A stretch of DNA of 64,000 nt, from assembly GCA_045837725.1 (NCBI GenBank), contig JBEWZL010000012.1, positions 62,001 through 126,000 of the forward strand, read 5' to 3'. Position numbers and translations under genes: made by a program. Shown piece by piece: positions 31,551-47,453 of the stretch (its first letter is position 1; each line of letters starts with the position of its first letter). The notes under the pieces are model-generated. The model ran no database searches. It was not told where the DNA came from and saw only the letters and a list, made by a program, of their open reading frames with translations. Source of the DNA: Vermamoeba vermiformis. Its lineage: Eukaryota.

Positions 31551-32835
31551 ATGGGCAAGTCAGATTCAGTCCCCTCATTAGTTACAGTGCATCCACTGGT
31601 CTTATTGTCGACTGTCGATCATTATTACAGAGTCGCTAAAGACACCAAAAAACGTGTTGTAGGAATTCTATTGGGCACAGTTAGCAAAGGACAGATTGAT
31701 GTTACAAACAGTTATGCTGGTAAGGCCAATATTGTGTTTGCAAAATAATTGAAAAATTTTTCAGATTTATTTTTTGAAATTATCAATTTTCCTTCTATCG
31801 AATTGTACTTCCAAGCTACAAAACATAGAAAATACATTATGTAATATGATTTATAATTAATTAATTTTTGTCCAGTCCCCTTTGAAGAAGACGAAAAAAA
31901 TCCTCATATTTGGTTCCTCGATCACAACTACCACGAAAATATGTGGGCTATGTTTAAGAAGGTCAATGGTACGTAATGCAGTCATATCACACTGCAATTG
32001 TGACATTTGTTGCGATTGTCAATTCAATTTCGCTGGTCCACAAGCCAGTGCAGCACTGAATGCACCAATCACAACCATTACTGGTAACAATGCACTCACT
32101 ATGCACGTACTGACTCGTTGTGCAGCACGTGAGCGCGTGATTGGCTGGTACAGCACGGGTCCGAAGATTCGACCGAACGACATGGAAGTTCATCAGCTGC
32201 TCAAGCGCTACACGCCCAACCCCGCCTTTGTGATCATTGACGTGCAGCCCACGGAGGCAGGCATTCCCACCAAGGCCTATGTGACCGTGGAGGAGGTCGA
32301 AGAAGAGAACTTGTCGCTGGCTCAAGCACAGAACGAGCGATTCGTGCACATTCCGAGTGTGATTGGCGCACTGGAGGCTGAAGAGGTCGGTGTGGAGCAC
32401 TTGTTGCGCGATGTGAAGGACACGAATGTGAGCACCATGGCCACGCAGATCAACGACAAAGTGCTCAGCTTGCAGTCACTCACGCACCGTCTGTTGGAGA
32501 TGCACACCTACCTCGACAATGTGCTCAAAGAACACTTGCCAGTGAATCACGTGATTTTGAATCAGATGCAGGAGATATTCAATCTGCTGCCCAATCTCAA
32601 CGAAGAACAGCTCGTCAAGTCATTCATGGTCAAGACCAACGACATGTTGCTCGTCACTTATCTCGCCTCCTTGTCGCGCTCCATTGTTGCGCTGCACAAT
32701 CTGATCAACAACAAGCTCGACTACCGCAGTGCTGAGAACGCACTTGAAGAGGGCGAGAAGAAGAAAGACGACAAGAAAGACGACAAAGAGTCTGCAGACA
32801 AGAAGAAAGAAGAGCCTGTCGCTGCCAAGAAATAA
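31551..32835 (+). CDS. PSMD7: 26S proteasome lid subunit Rpn8 (MPN domain)
   Basis: [62 protein letters not shown]. Confidence 0.97.
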
Positions 32836-33010
32836 GTGTCCTAGTGCCGCTAATAACACTCAGTAGTATCACGGCTCGATGCGACACACGTGTGAATGTG
32901 TTGTTCGGGTCAGATGTGCCCTCAATTGTAAAAATTTCACCTGCAACGAGCTCTAGTCTGATTATTATTAATCGCTTTATTTACAAGTTTTACTAATTAC
33001 AGGTAGCGTG

Positions 33011-36000
33011 CTATTGATTATAATACATCGAGTTTGAAGGCAAGGGCTGGATCCGCGACGTGTACTGCGTGCTTGTATTGCCGTGCAAGTTCTGATTATA
33101 GTACATCATCAGTGCCATCTGATCGAGTGTAGCCGGCACTTGGGACACGTCAGTGTTAGCTAGCAGTGCCGAGTACTGTTGTTCAGGACTCGTGTACTCC
33201 TCTTCAGAGACCACATCAGGCTGCGCGCACGAGTCATCATTGCTGGGCGGGGTGTTGATGGCTCCACGTGACTCGTACTGGTGCCACTGCGCGATGAAAG
33301 TCGTGTTTGGCGTGTAGGAATCGACGCGCTGTCTCTTAGCACGAGGTTCTTGCTCTGCCTCTTGTGGCTGCGGCGCATAATAGTGTTTGACACGTGTCAT
33401 TGGCGGTGTATTAGTGTTGTTCGAGTAACTGACATTGTGCGCGTAATTCGCGTTGTTCGCACTGACCGCAGTGTAGTTGTTGTTCGGCGTGTTGACACTC
33501 TGCGCGCTGTAATTGTTGCTCGGCGTGTTGGCGCTGTAGTTGGGACTGCTGATCGGCGAGGCCTTGTCGCTCTCGTGTAGCAGTGAAGTGCCACCAGTCA
33601 CGTCGTGATAGGTCTGTGGCGGACTCGGCACTTGCAGCAGATTGTCGCTGAAAATGAAGCCTTGATCCGCGACTGTCTGCGCTGGCGCGAATTGCATGGC
33701 GTGTGGGTTGTAGTTGTTGAAGCCAACATTGGCCACGTGATTTTGACCCGTCAATGTCACCGCTGACAGATCCAGCAACAACTGATCGCGAATCGAGTTG
33801 AAGTTAGTCTGGCTAATGTTGATGTAGCGGAACTGCTCTATTTTGGGAAAGAAGAAGTTGTAGCTGAAGATAGACGGGTCCTCCACTGGCGTGGTTGGAT
33901 CTCGCAGCAGATTGATGGCCAGTTCAGCTCCGTTGTACTGCTCCATCAACTTGATCGTCTGTTCGAGGAGCTCTTTGCGATTCAAATAAGAAAAGATTTG
34001 ACCAGCGACGAAGAGCGACATGGTGATGAAAAAGAAGTTGTAGCCTTTGTGTCGGTCTGCATTCCTGACGCGCTCGAGGACTGATCGACCGCTCTAAATA
34101 TGGAAATCATTGTTCAGTACTTGCAGTGACTAGGGCAAGTGTAACAACGCACCTGTTCAGCGAGGTCATCGAGGCCGATAAACAGAAACAGCGCGGCTTG
34201 AGTGGCGTCGTATCGTGTCAACATGTACGAGCTGAACATGCACGGTGAGCGATGTGATTCAGTGAAAGCACGTGACTTACATTGGAAAGTGCGAGTGCAG
34301 CCCTAGTTGTCGTGCCAGTCCTAATTTGTACAAGACTCGGTTCACCATCGGAACATTGCCGAGCTCAGGAGACAGCGTGTGAATTGCGCGCAAGACACGA
34401 CCGAATGCCTGAATGTGATTGGTCAGTACGATAGATCGATCGAAACAATTCGAAAAAATATCTTTGGTCCAAATTTTTCACGTCAGCTGTTGCGCTCACT
34501 TGGTCGATGTATATTCCAATCAAATAGTATTTCCTTATTTGGACATACCTTTTGCATCAAAATTGCTGCAAACCAAGCGTACTTGGTCTTGGGCAGCTTG
34601 TTGATCATGTCGTGCAGCTCTTCTACACTCGCAAAGTCCCTAATAGGCTATTAATATGCACGACTACTATATATCACTCGTCTATACTCACTTTTGACAA
34701 ATCGAGTTGCCATAAGACGAGTCGTAAATGAATCCAATGTCGACACCCTTGATGCGCTTAGTTTTGTGCTTTTTGAGCAACATTTCACTCATTTTGAGTG
34801 CGCTAGTGCTGTACGTGAGCTCAGCATCGAAGTCACCTGTCACATTGCACACACTGCGAATATTAAGCATTAGTTCTGCACCTCAACTGAGCTCAAGTAG
34901 ATCTGACCTGCGCAAGAGGTGGTAAGTCGCTGCGACATTAGCATCGAGCTGATCAAAATGTTCCGAAAGTGCCGCACTATTAAGGAATGTGTCAGACAAT
35001 TCCGTTCAGTGAACGAGGTTAAAAACACCATAAAAGGCAATTTTCCTTTTTGATCGAAACAGAGAACTGAGAGAGAACTCGGCGAAATTTTTAAAATCGC
35101 GATACTTTTGCATTTACCGTTGGGAACTTACCGCGCTTGAGATAAGTAATGCTGCGGGTACTTGTGGTCCCCTAACATTAAGGCGCCGAGGCCTAGTAAC
35201 GCGTTGGTTCGCGCGACAACAATTTGATCTGCATCTGGTCTACGAAGGTATGAAAAGTCTGTAGGCGCGTCAATCTGCATGAATATATGTGCGCTGTGTT
35301 GATACTCCTCGGCGAAGCGTGTCATTAAAGTATCTTGTGCTAATCGCTGTCCGTATTTGAGATCTGCGTGCTGTAAATTTTCGAGAATAAGTGGCAGTTC
35401 TTAGGCGACATCGGTATAACATATTGTACTATTGATCGTGAGCGTCATAATACGTACCTCTTTCTCACGAACTACCTTCTCGTACTGCAGCTGCATACGT
35501 TTCGTGCTCTCCATCTGTCTGTTGATCGACTCCGTCATATGCTTGATTTGCTGTCGCAGAGCCTCTACTTGACCTACATGACGTTAGTATAAGATTAATA
35601 TGCCGCACGTTATATGCAAGGCGGATAAATAAGTCTTCGATCGGTTTTCGAAACTTACTTGAGACTGAACTGCGCTTAGGGGCCTTCATCTTGTACATGC
35701 ACTTGGTCTTACGTCCAACGCACGCCTTGCACGGGTAAGTACCGTCGCCTGCACGAAATAACGGTCAGATCTTTGTTTGAAAATTGAAATTGGAGTCAGA
35801 ATTGTTCATAAAGTCGACGATCATTATGGAGAAATTATATAGTAGGCAATAATAGGCGTTAGAATGGTTTATAAATTGCCATATTTTGGCATTTTCAATT
35901 ATCGATGAATTATTGTGAAAGCATAATACACAGATCAACAAGAAAACACATAAATAATCGCGGTATTGTATACTACAGTATTATTATATGCTTATATAAT

Positions 36001-36182
36001 ACCTAAGCATTTAAAATTTCATTAAATTCAATATTTGACGCGTCTAAAACCAACTGCTTACATTTAATGTGTCGTAATTGACACTCTAGACACGCGCCAT
36101 AACGACGAATAGAGGACTCAGAGGGGACGCCAAATGTCAGTGGCTCGTCGATGCTGAGGTCCGCATCAGATTCGAACTCCAT
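33011..36182 (-). CDS. Zn(II)2Cys6 (GAL4-type) transcription factor, multi-exon
   Basis: Exon 1 (from 36182) ends ...RRYGACLECQLRHIK and splices to C-DGTYPCKACVGRKTKCMY (about 35750), giving a full C-x2-C-x6-C-x5-C-x2-C-x6-C cluster. The last exon is N/S/P/Q-rich. Linkage through the middle exons is approximate. Confidence 0.8.
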
Positions 36183-36697
36183 CCCTCCAATTAATTATTG
36201 ATTACTGAATTCTTGGTTATTTTTCTTCAATGACGTATCAACATCTGCTGGTGTAAAACAGATAAAATAAAATTGCTCCTGTTCAAGGCTCTTCAGCCAG
36301 GGTTCACGTGAGCAAGATTAATCGTTGCAGAAATTTGACCAGAGACAAATATTTTATCCAAATTGGGAATTTGCCTCGGGAACGGTAGTCAAGTTACTTA
36401 GCAATATATCACCATCGTCTAGCCTCCCGATATGTACGATCGATGTTTAAGCCGCGGAGTAGATCTGGCAAAATTGTTAATTAATTCTGAATATTGTCGG
36501 GTATGAATTACTTAACGAATATTGCACGAACTAAGCTATTGTCAGAGAGTTAACGTATGAGGACGTATTGTGGGCTTTTAGAATTTTCATGAACTCGATC
36601 CGTGGTGTCGTTGTGAACTGAAGATTAGTAAGGTAGATCCAGGATATTGAGATAGAATGTAAGACGGCAAGTATAATAACAACTGTTCGATAGTGCT

Positions 36698-38806
<2,109 letters not shown>

Positions 38807-39051
38807 TGTTTCAATCAATCTGTAAATAATATACTACTTCAATTTAATTCGAACGAGTGTTGTACTCCGACTCCACCACAGCAACAAATCAAAAACAAAA
38901 TGTTCAATATGAAAAAGTCAAAACTATTCATCCACAAAACTCATGCAGAAAACAACAGCTCACACGCAGTCTCTTTATTGATGCTGCAATAAAGCACATT
39001 ACATATTATTTACAACGAGCAGAGGAGACCCTCATAATACTTACTTTGATT

Positions 39052-40421
39052 ATGGAATCTCACGGAGTTAAAAGAAAGAGAAGTGCAGAAGCGGAGGATC
39101 ACCAAGAGGTGACAGAGGTCAAGTACTCTCGTACTATAAGGTATCTTTAATTTGTGCTCGAGATCCTGATAACCTAACACAGATCAGCAACGAACCACAG
39201 CCACGCTTTGATACTAGTGCCATGCCTGTGCATGCTACCAAAACTATTCAAGATTATCAAAGGATTGAGAAGTTAGGCGAAGGTAAAGCACTCCTAGGTT
39301 GAGGCATGATCCTTGAGTTGACGCGTGTCAAACAGGGACTTTTGGTCTGTGGTACAAAGCACGTGACAAAGCGACGGACCAAATCGTGGCCATGAAGAGG
39401 TTGGAGCAGTACAAACGCAAGTGGGAGGAAGATCAATTGCGACTGGCCAACATCAGTGTCGCCCTCGAGCACAAACATCTGCGACTAGTGTTTGATGTTG
39501 TTGCCAAACACCCGAGTGAAATACAGCCAGCCTCAGACAGACACAAGGTGTTTCTCATTGCCGAGTACTGTGACAGCACGCTCTGGGTGAGTGCTGTGAT
39601 ACATATTTATATAGAAAGACACTGTCTCATTGAGCTGACTACGTCCACAGCACTTGTTAGAAGACGCGAGACTTAATCACCGCATATTAAGTGAGCGACG
39701 CGTCAAGTCCGTTGTCCATCAACTCTTATTAGTAAGGGCACAATACGACAACCAATCAATTATTGACCCATGGAGCAGGCCGTGGAATACTTGCACAAAA
39801 ACAGCATCATGCACCGCGATATTAAGCCTGCGAGGATGTATCTCAAAGACGGGGAGATCAAACTCGACATAGGCAATCTGATGCGCGAGTACACGAGTGA
39901 TGGTGCGCTCTCTCCTGAAGTGGTAACGCTGTGGTACCGCGCTCCAGAACTGCTGTTGAGCACCAAACACTACGACTTTGCGATTGACATGTGGTCTGTG
40001 GGCTGTATTATGGGGGGTGAGTGTCGTGCTCTCAAGCACAATTCACCGATTGACACGTGTCACAGAGCTGCTCAAGGGCGGACCGCTCTTCCCTGGAAAT
40101 AATGAACTCGACATGTTGTCGCGCATCAGTGACATCTTGGGCCCGGTCAGAGCGCACACTTGGCCTGAACTCGCTGACTTGAGTCCTGCCGCCGCGACAC
40201 TCCTGCAAGCACCTGAGCCACGTGCCTCGCTGCCACAAATTATTCCGCGGTTATCCCGCACAGCCCACGAACTCCTGCGCGGTCTGTTGTGCTACAATCC
40301 ACGTGATCGACTCACCGCCCGTCAAGCACTGCAACACGAGTGGTTCAGTGATCTGTCGCCACAACTGCTGCAGTACAAAGTGGGTTGGTATTCATACGTA
40401 GAGCTGTTAGAGTGGCATTAA
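39052..40421 (+). CDS. CDK-like (CMGC) kinase-fold protein, probable pseudokinase
   Basis: YQRIEKLGEGTFG, VAMKRL, HRDIKPAR, KLDIG, VVTLWYRAPELLL, IDMWSVGCI, PLFPG, RLTARQALQHEWF. Confidence 0.85.
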
Positions 40422-40501
40422 TAAGGGCTACCTAGCTGATTAGTAATGCGGACTGTTGTAAATTAATAATTATTTAGTATTGATGGTACACTGCGTATAA
40501 T

Positions 40502-41301
40502 TTATACATTCGACTTGACGTAAATGAGCCAAGCAGGCATGACTTGACTCAAGTCTTTGAAGTTATAGGCGTCCTTCGTGGAATCAAACGTGAAGTCGCC
40601 AAAGTCACCAGCTGCGTTACAAATGAAGGTCAGATCTGCTCGATTAATTAATTAATTACGATACGTACCTCGACCCAAAGCAACACGACATAAGAGAATT
40701 TGGTGGTCAGGCGCGTGGTGAATAGCATCGACTGGATCCATGTACAAAGTGCCCGCACCAGCGGCCTTGAAACCGTTCTGCAAGACATTCTTGATGCCTT
40801 GTTCAGTCGAGGCGTAGAACAAGTGAATAGTGTTCAATTTTTGACCACCTGGCATCTTTCGTTCAAGTTCTGTGCGTCGCTCTTCGAATACTTGCAAGTG
40901 CGCTGGATCCCGTTGATCAGAAAAATTGGTATTAATATTGATCGAACGTTACCTTTGGCTGGCTTGACTTGCTGCAATACAGAAATGTGCCACGTATTGG
41001 TCTTCTTGTTCTGCTTGTCCCAGTAGTGTTGTTTGAGGAAGCTGACTAGGGCCGATATTATTAGCATCATTTTTAAAATAAATTATAAACATTATTTCTA
41101 ATTCTAATTGTTGAATTGACACTGCGGAGTGCCATTAAAATTCGTTAATAAAACCAAACTAATTTCCAAATTTATTCGACAATAATCTAACAGAATCTTT
41201 TTCGATAATACACCGATATGCTTCGAGTGTAAGCACTGTCATATGTTACTATAAATCTCACACTTACTCTCCTTATCACCGACTGTCTTCAATTCTGCCA
41301 T
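40502..41301 (-). CDS. Small (about 150 aa) stand-alone PARP-catalytic-like protein, degenerate
   Basis: Four spliced exons give FEERRTEL...IHLFYASTEQGIKNVLQNGF..GAGTLY...ILLCRVALGR...QVMPAWLIYV. This is collinear with the PARP pattern LFHGT..I..NGF..G.G.YF..LLCRV.LG..Q..P.YLI.Y. Confidence 0.68.
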
Positions 41302-41632
41302 TGTTGTAGTTTATTCGAACGTGATACTTTAATGTTGACTTTAATTTTTTGAAACAACAGCCGAAGAACTTAAGTACTCGGCATGCGCAACTGCTTAGCT
41401 AGCTAAGAATAGTAATAATAAGAGCATGACTTGTTACGCTAAGAGCTCTTCATTGGGAGCTTGATCCAGCTGTCATGTCGTTGCAAGACTGCTTGCTGGT
41501 TGCTTTGTTCAAAGCTCTTATTGACGCTAGTGTTTGCATCACTAGTTCCATATATCCATATTCATATTCGCTAAAAATGCACGGGATTTATTATTCTAAA
41601 ACTATAATACTAGATCTGATCAACTTGAGAGC

Positions 41633-42272
41633 TTAGACCAAGTTCAATCGGAACAAATCGTTCAAAACATAAAAGCCGTTAGAACCGGCAATAGGTTGCA
41701 AGTGGAAGACTTGAGAAAAGTTCATGGGCTTGGGAGGGTCGTCAATCTGGATACAAGGCAGAATTAATACGCGTGTTTCAATGACTCGTCGCTGCACTAA
41801 GCTGGAGCTGTTTGCAACAATGTAAATTAAAAGACTTACGGTCAAAACACCGCAGACGAAGACCAAAATACCGGCACCAGTGGGTTGCGCATCGATGCTG
41901 GTGCAGGCGTGCTTGATAGTACCAGTGAAGGGCAAGGTCTATTGTATTAATACGCCATTAATAAGTGTTTTGGGATAGTGCAGGGCAGTGACGGTGGACT
42001 ATGACGTCACGCATCAAAAATATTTGAATAATTTTGGATTTATTATTACCTTCAACTTGTTAATAATGTTGGCTTGACCTTGAACCTTGCTGTCTTGGAA
42101 GGTAAGCATGGAATCATTTTGCTAATTAAATAAATTATTAGACCGTTGCTGGAGCTCGATGAGATCAGAATGGTGCGCTTACATAGAGACCAGCGAGTTG
42201 TTCGCGGTTAGAGTCGAACAAAGAGTAGTAGTGGTTAACAAAAGCTTTGGCAATGTCGTCGATGTTGGCCAT
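41633..42272 (-). CDS. NTF2: Nuclear transport factor 2
   Basis: IAKAFVNHYYSLFDSNREQLAGLY, SMLTFQ, IDAQP, FSQVFHL, FYVLNDLFRLN. Confidence 0.96.
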
Positions 42273-42674
42273 TGTGTATGTGTATTGTGTATGGAATAAT
42301 AAATACCGGATCTGTTTTTCGCGCCATAAATGAGAGCGAAGAAAAGGTGAGAACAAAGCGACCGATAAGTTGCCTGCTATTCGTTAACTTCTTTCGTTGC
42401 GCTGTCGCTCTTGAATGAAAGAGCCGGTTCTCGATAAGAAAGCTTTTGTGGTTACCAAACTGCTGCCGTCTGTAACTATCTCCTTCATGCATTTATTCGT
42501 CCTGCTCAATAATAATAATATTAGGTAAAATGGTAGATGCTAGGTAAAAACAAGTACATTGAAATCTTTCATTGTTCTGACTACGTCAGCTCGGTTATTC
42601 AAATAAATGCACCAGAATTTAATTTAAACGCGTTGTTAAGGCCTTTAATTGATTTACAAGCGGCATTGAACACT

Positions 42675-43383
42675 ATGGGGCACTTGCTCTCAACGGAAAC
42701 GACGGCTCGAATCAACCTGGTACGCTTGCCTGACAGATCAACTTTTTATCTAACACAGCATTCATAGTTTGGCTGGAATGGTGCAGGCAAGACGACGCTC
42801 TTGTACAAGATGGTTTTTGGCGACACTATTGAAACCATTCCCACCATTGGCTTTAATGTGGAATCATTCAAAGCACACAACACGAAGTTCGTTGCTTGGG
42901 ACGTGGGAGGGCGCGGTCGAGTAAGCACTAGTGCTGGTACTGAGGGTTTTGATATTAACTATTTGGCTGCAGATTCGTGCGCTTCATCGCCACTACTACC
43001 AGGGATCTGACGCAGTCGTGTACATAGTTGACGCAGCGGAGCCAGAAGTGATGCAAGATGCCATCGATGAGTTCTCTAAAATGGTGGATGAGCCGGAGCT
43101 GCAGAATTGCATCTTCATGCTATTGGCGAACAAACAAGATCTACCGCAAGCCTTGTCAGCGGAGGAGATCGCGGACAGATTCAATGTCAAAAATGTCAAA
43201 CAGACCATATTGGTGCAGGGCATCAGCGGAGCTTCCGGTGATGGACTCAATGAAGCATTTAGCTGGCTCGCAAAGGCACTCAAAGGACGAAAACAGACCA
43301 AGTGGGGCAAATTCAGAGAAAGTTTCGGCAAATACACGTCATTCTTGCGCTGTACTTCGCCACAGGAGCAGATTATAGGATAG
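42675..43383 (+). CDS. Arf/Arl family small GTPase, divergent (alternative start at 42537 via an intron)
   Basis: [46 protein letters not shown]. Confidence 0.9.
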
Positions 43384-43492
43384 CTGCGTAGTCGCACATA
43401 ATGCATTGGTACATGGATGAGGTGCTAACGCGTAGTGGTTGATAATGTGGTCAACGATGGTTGTATTTAAAAACAAATAAATTGCAGTGGAT

Positions 43493-46400
43493 TTAGCTAG
43501 CCAAATACAATGACGCAGCAAAGACAATGTCACGCTTGATCTTGGTGATTCCTTCAGCGAATTTGTTCTCGAGTTCGGAGTTACCAATGCTCTTGGCTGC
43601 GGAGACGAGTTGTCGCATCAATTCTTCGAGACGACGAATGGCACGAATGATGCTGCCTTCGAAGATGTCTGTCAGCTTGCAAATGTCCGAGAACTTCGAG
43701 CCCTATTTGAAGTGATCGTTAGTTGATACTGTCGCCATACTGTGTCAAATAACTTACGTTAGCCCAGGCCCAAGCGACTTCCATCATGTCAGGTTGGAAC
43801 TTCTTCACGTAGTCCTCAATCTCAATGGTGACTTTGCACTCTTGCATCACTGTTGCGACACGTCGTGCGACATCTTGAACTTGACGCAACAAAGTCTGCA
43901 ACTCGTCTCTCATCTTGTGACCTTTGCCGTCAGGCGAGGACTTCTCTTGGAAGACAAACAGCGTCAAGACAGCGACGGTGGAGGTGACGTCGAGTGTGTT
44001 GAAGAAGCCCATGAAGATGAGTTCTGTCAGCACCAACTCATCACCAGTGTTGATTTCACACGCAACACGGCCCTTGACTTCGATAATGTTGTCTTTGTTC
44101 GTGTAGCCCAAGCGACGCAACACTCGCTTCATGGCCTTAAGTTCGTCTTTCAAAATGACATTGTCGGTCTTCTTGATTTGTTTCTTGATGTCTTTCAACT
44201 CGTTTTCAATCTTCATCTTGTTCACGTATTTCAAGTACTTCTCGTGGATCAGTTCTTCTTTGAATTGAGGATTGGTCTTCATCTTGTCCTCCAAAGTTTC
44301 CAATTTCTATGTGCCAATATTAGCTGATGTCCGGTTATAATAGTCAGATGTACTTACGCGCACAATCTTCTTAAAGTTCGGGTCTTTAATGCCCATAGTT
44401 TCAACAGGGTCCAACACTGGAATGTCTCCAGGCATGCGTCTACACGGTGGTTAAAAAATATTGGCTATTAGAAGGACTGACACTTACTTCTTAGTCTCTT
44501 TCAATGACTTGAGCACACTCTTTCGTGCGTCCATAGGTCTCAAGTCTTTAGGCAAGTGCAATTTGATCGAGGACACGTTCTCAATCATGGCGAGAGTGAT
44601 GGGCACAACTTGCATCTCTGGTTCAGTGCCAGTAGGGCAAGGCTTGGGTGGCAAGTGTTTGGGCTCGTTGGGAGCACAGGCCAACAACACATCAACAATG
44701 TACTTGACTTGCGAGGTGGCGGGTGCTTGGGCCTTCTTGTCGTTGGCATTGGCACTCTGGCCGGTGGTCACAGTGCGCTGGTGGAAGTTGACGACAACAC
44801 CCCAGCCCCAGTCTTGATCGTTATCAAAATCACGCACGCGAATCAAACGACCGGCGCTCAAGAATGGCAAGATGGCAGCGGGTTGTTGAATCATTTGACG
44901 GATCATCACGCGCATCTTTTCGATTTGTAAGCGCAAGGCATAGTATTCAGCCACAGTGTCTTCGTCGTCAATCAGCAACGAGTCTCTATCGGTCTCGAGC
45001 TCTTTGACCTTGCGTGCCAAAGTAGGAATAGCACCGTCATTTTGGAACTGATGGAAACTTTGCTTCAGCATGGCCTCGGGAGTGAAGAAGTCTGTGCGCA
45101 GAAGATTGAGCAACATGTTGTAGCCAATGTGGAACGAGGAGTTCAATGTGTCAGCGTGACCTTTGACCATGCCTTGAGCCACTGTGGGTTCCATCTTCTC
45201 GTCCACCATCATGATTACAATACCACGGTCGTCTTTGCCACGACGACCAGCACGACCAGACATTTGAATGTATTCACCGCCAGAGACCCAACGGAAATCT
45301 GAGCCGTCGAACTTTCGTACACTGGTGAACACGACAGTCTTGGCAGGCATGTTAAGACCGATGGAGAATGTCTCGGTGGCAAAGAGACACTTGATGAGAC
45401 CTTCTTGGAACAACAATTCGATGATTTCTTTGAGCAAGGGCAACAGACCACTGTGATGGATGCCAATGCCGCGCTTCAACAAGGGCAAGAGCTGCTCGAC
45501 TTGTGGCAGCTTTCTGTCGTCATCGTTCAGCGTGTCCAAAGCGTTCTGATAGACAACACTGACGAGCTTCTTCTCTTCGTCGTTGTTAAAGTCCAACTTT
45601 GCCATTTGCAAGGCCAAGTTCTCGCACGATCGTTTGCTGAAGCTGAAAACAATGACAGGCTCGTAGTTACGTTCCATAATCATCTTCACAATCTTGTACG
45701 GATCAGTGTTACCGCCCTTGGAGTGACGCTTCTTTTTGTCCGTGTCAGGTGTCAAAATTGAGAGTGCTTTTTGGAAGTTTTCTTCCTGCACACAAATACT
45801 ATTAGTCAATTGTAAATAATACACGCGTGATAACGTACTCTAAAAGTGCCTTTCTCGTCGACTACCAAGAACAGACCATCACCGCCAGACGGGAAAATGT
45901 AGTGTTGCAAAGGGACGGGACGGAAATCAGTGTACACGACGTGACAGGGCTACTAGCATGTTAGCATCGTTATTGACGACAACGTCATGTACGTACTTGT
46001 TTGTGGATCTTGGCAATCCAAGAGGCAAACTCAGAAGCGTTGGGGATAGTGGCAGACAAGAAGACGTATTTGATTGGATCAGGCAACAAAATAATTGTTT
46101 CTTCCCACACCACACCACGCTCTTTGTCACGCATGTAATGGATTTCATCGAAAATGACCCAACCGACTTCACGCAGAATTTCTGAACCTCTGTACAACAT
46201 ACTTCGCAAAATCTATGATTGTGTTAATAAGAGCCTATGATACTAAAATAAGGACGTACTTCAGTGGTCATGACGAGGCACGAGGCTGAGGGATTGATTG
46301 TGATATCACCAGTCATCAAACCAACGTCGTTGAACTCTTCGAACAAATCTCTGTACTTCTGATTGCTCAACGCTTTGATCGGTGAAGTGTAGATGACTCG

Positions 46401-47281
46401 TTGTTTGTCGCGCAGGGCCATAGCGATCGCGTACAAAGCGACGACTGTTTTACCGGCAGACGTGTGCGCACTGACTAACACACTGTGTCCTTTCTCCAAG
46501 CACGACACACTGACCTAGAATAGGGTAGGCTTAAATATGGTGTCTTAAATATAGCAATGGGACTGTTGCTCGAACATACCTTTTGAAACGGATCCAGCTC
46601 GAAAGGATAGCTCTTAGCAGGAGCTTTCTTGGGCTTGTTCGGATCGAAGTCATCGACCCAGCCATCAGGCACGCAGAGTTCGTGTTGACAAGCTTTCTTT
46701 TCTTCCAACAACTCCGTGTCTTGCACTGCTTGTTTGTCGCCAAAGTGGATCACAGACTGTTCTTTAGGCGCGACTCGGCTCACGACCTCTGTAATGGTCT
46801 CTTGTTGTGCAACATGCGCGCCAATTGATTCTGGAATTTTTGTGTGGCTGTGCTGGGATTTGGCATCTGTTTTGGGATTTGAAGTGGAAGGATTATTCAT
46901 GTTTCCGTTGGTTATAGTTTCTATATTGTTATTATTTGCTGAGTTTCCATCTTCGTTACTAATAATTAAACACAACATCAGTGACAGCTCGAAAGAAAGC
47001 GATCTGATCGCTAACCAATTTTTTATTATAATTATTTGCATTGCTTATAAAAATAGACTACAGTAATTAATTGTACACGCATAAATAATTTCTGAAATAA
47101 TCAACATTTACTATTATTTAAATTTTCTGATCGCATCTTGGATCGCGTCTTTTTACCTGATTTTAGCCTTTTTGCGAGGTCCATCATCTATATCGGCATT
47201 ATCTGGCTTGGATCTCTTATTTTTTGACGAAGATCCGTCAAACGCCGAAAACAAATCTGCTTCCTTGTCAAAGAAACTCAT
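43493..47281 (-). CDS. MTR4: Nuclear exosome helicase MTR4
   Basis: [45 protein letters not shown], arch/KOW region, KGRVACEI, C-terminal [13 protein letters not shown]. Confidence 0.96.
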
Positions 47282-47453
47282 ATTTGCGGCAATATGAATG
47301 AATATAAAGGAAGACGACCGACGAGTAGTTGTCAGCCGTTGAGTTAAATATGAAAATGTCCCAACAAGAAAAAGCAACTTTTTTTCTGTCTCTGCGAATC
47401 CACGTCTGACTTTTGCATACTCAGGCAATGCAATCATGTATAACAGAGAACAG

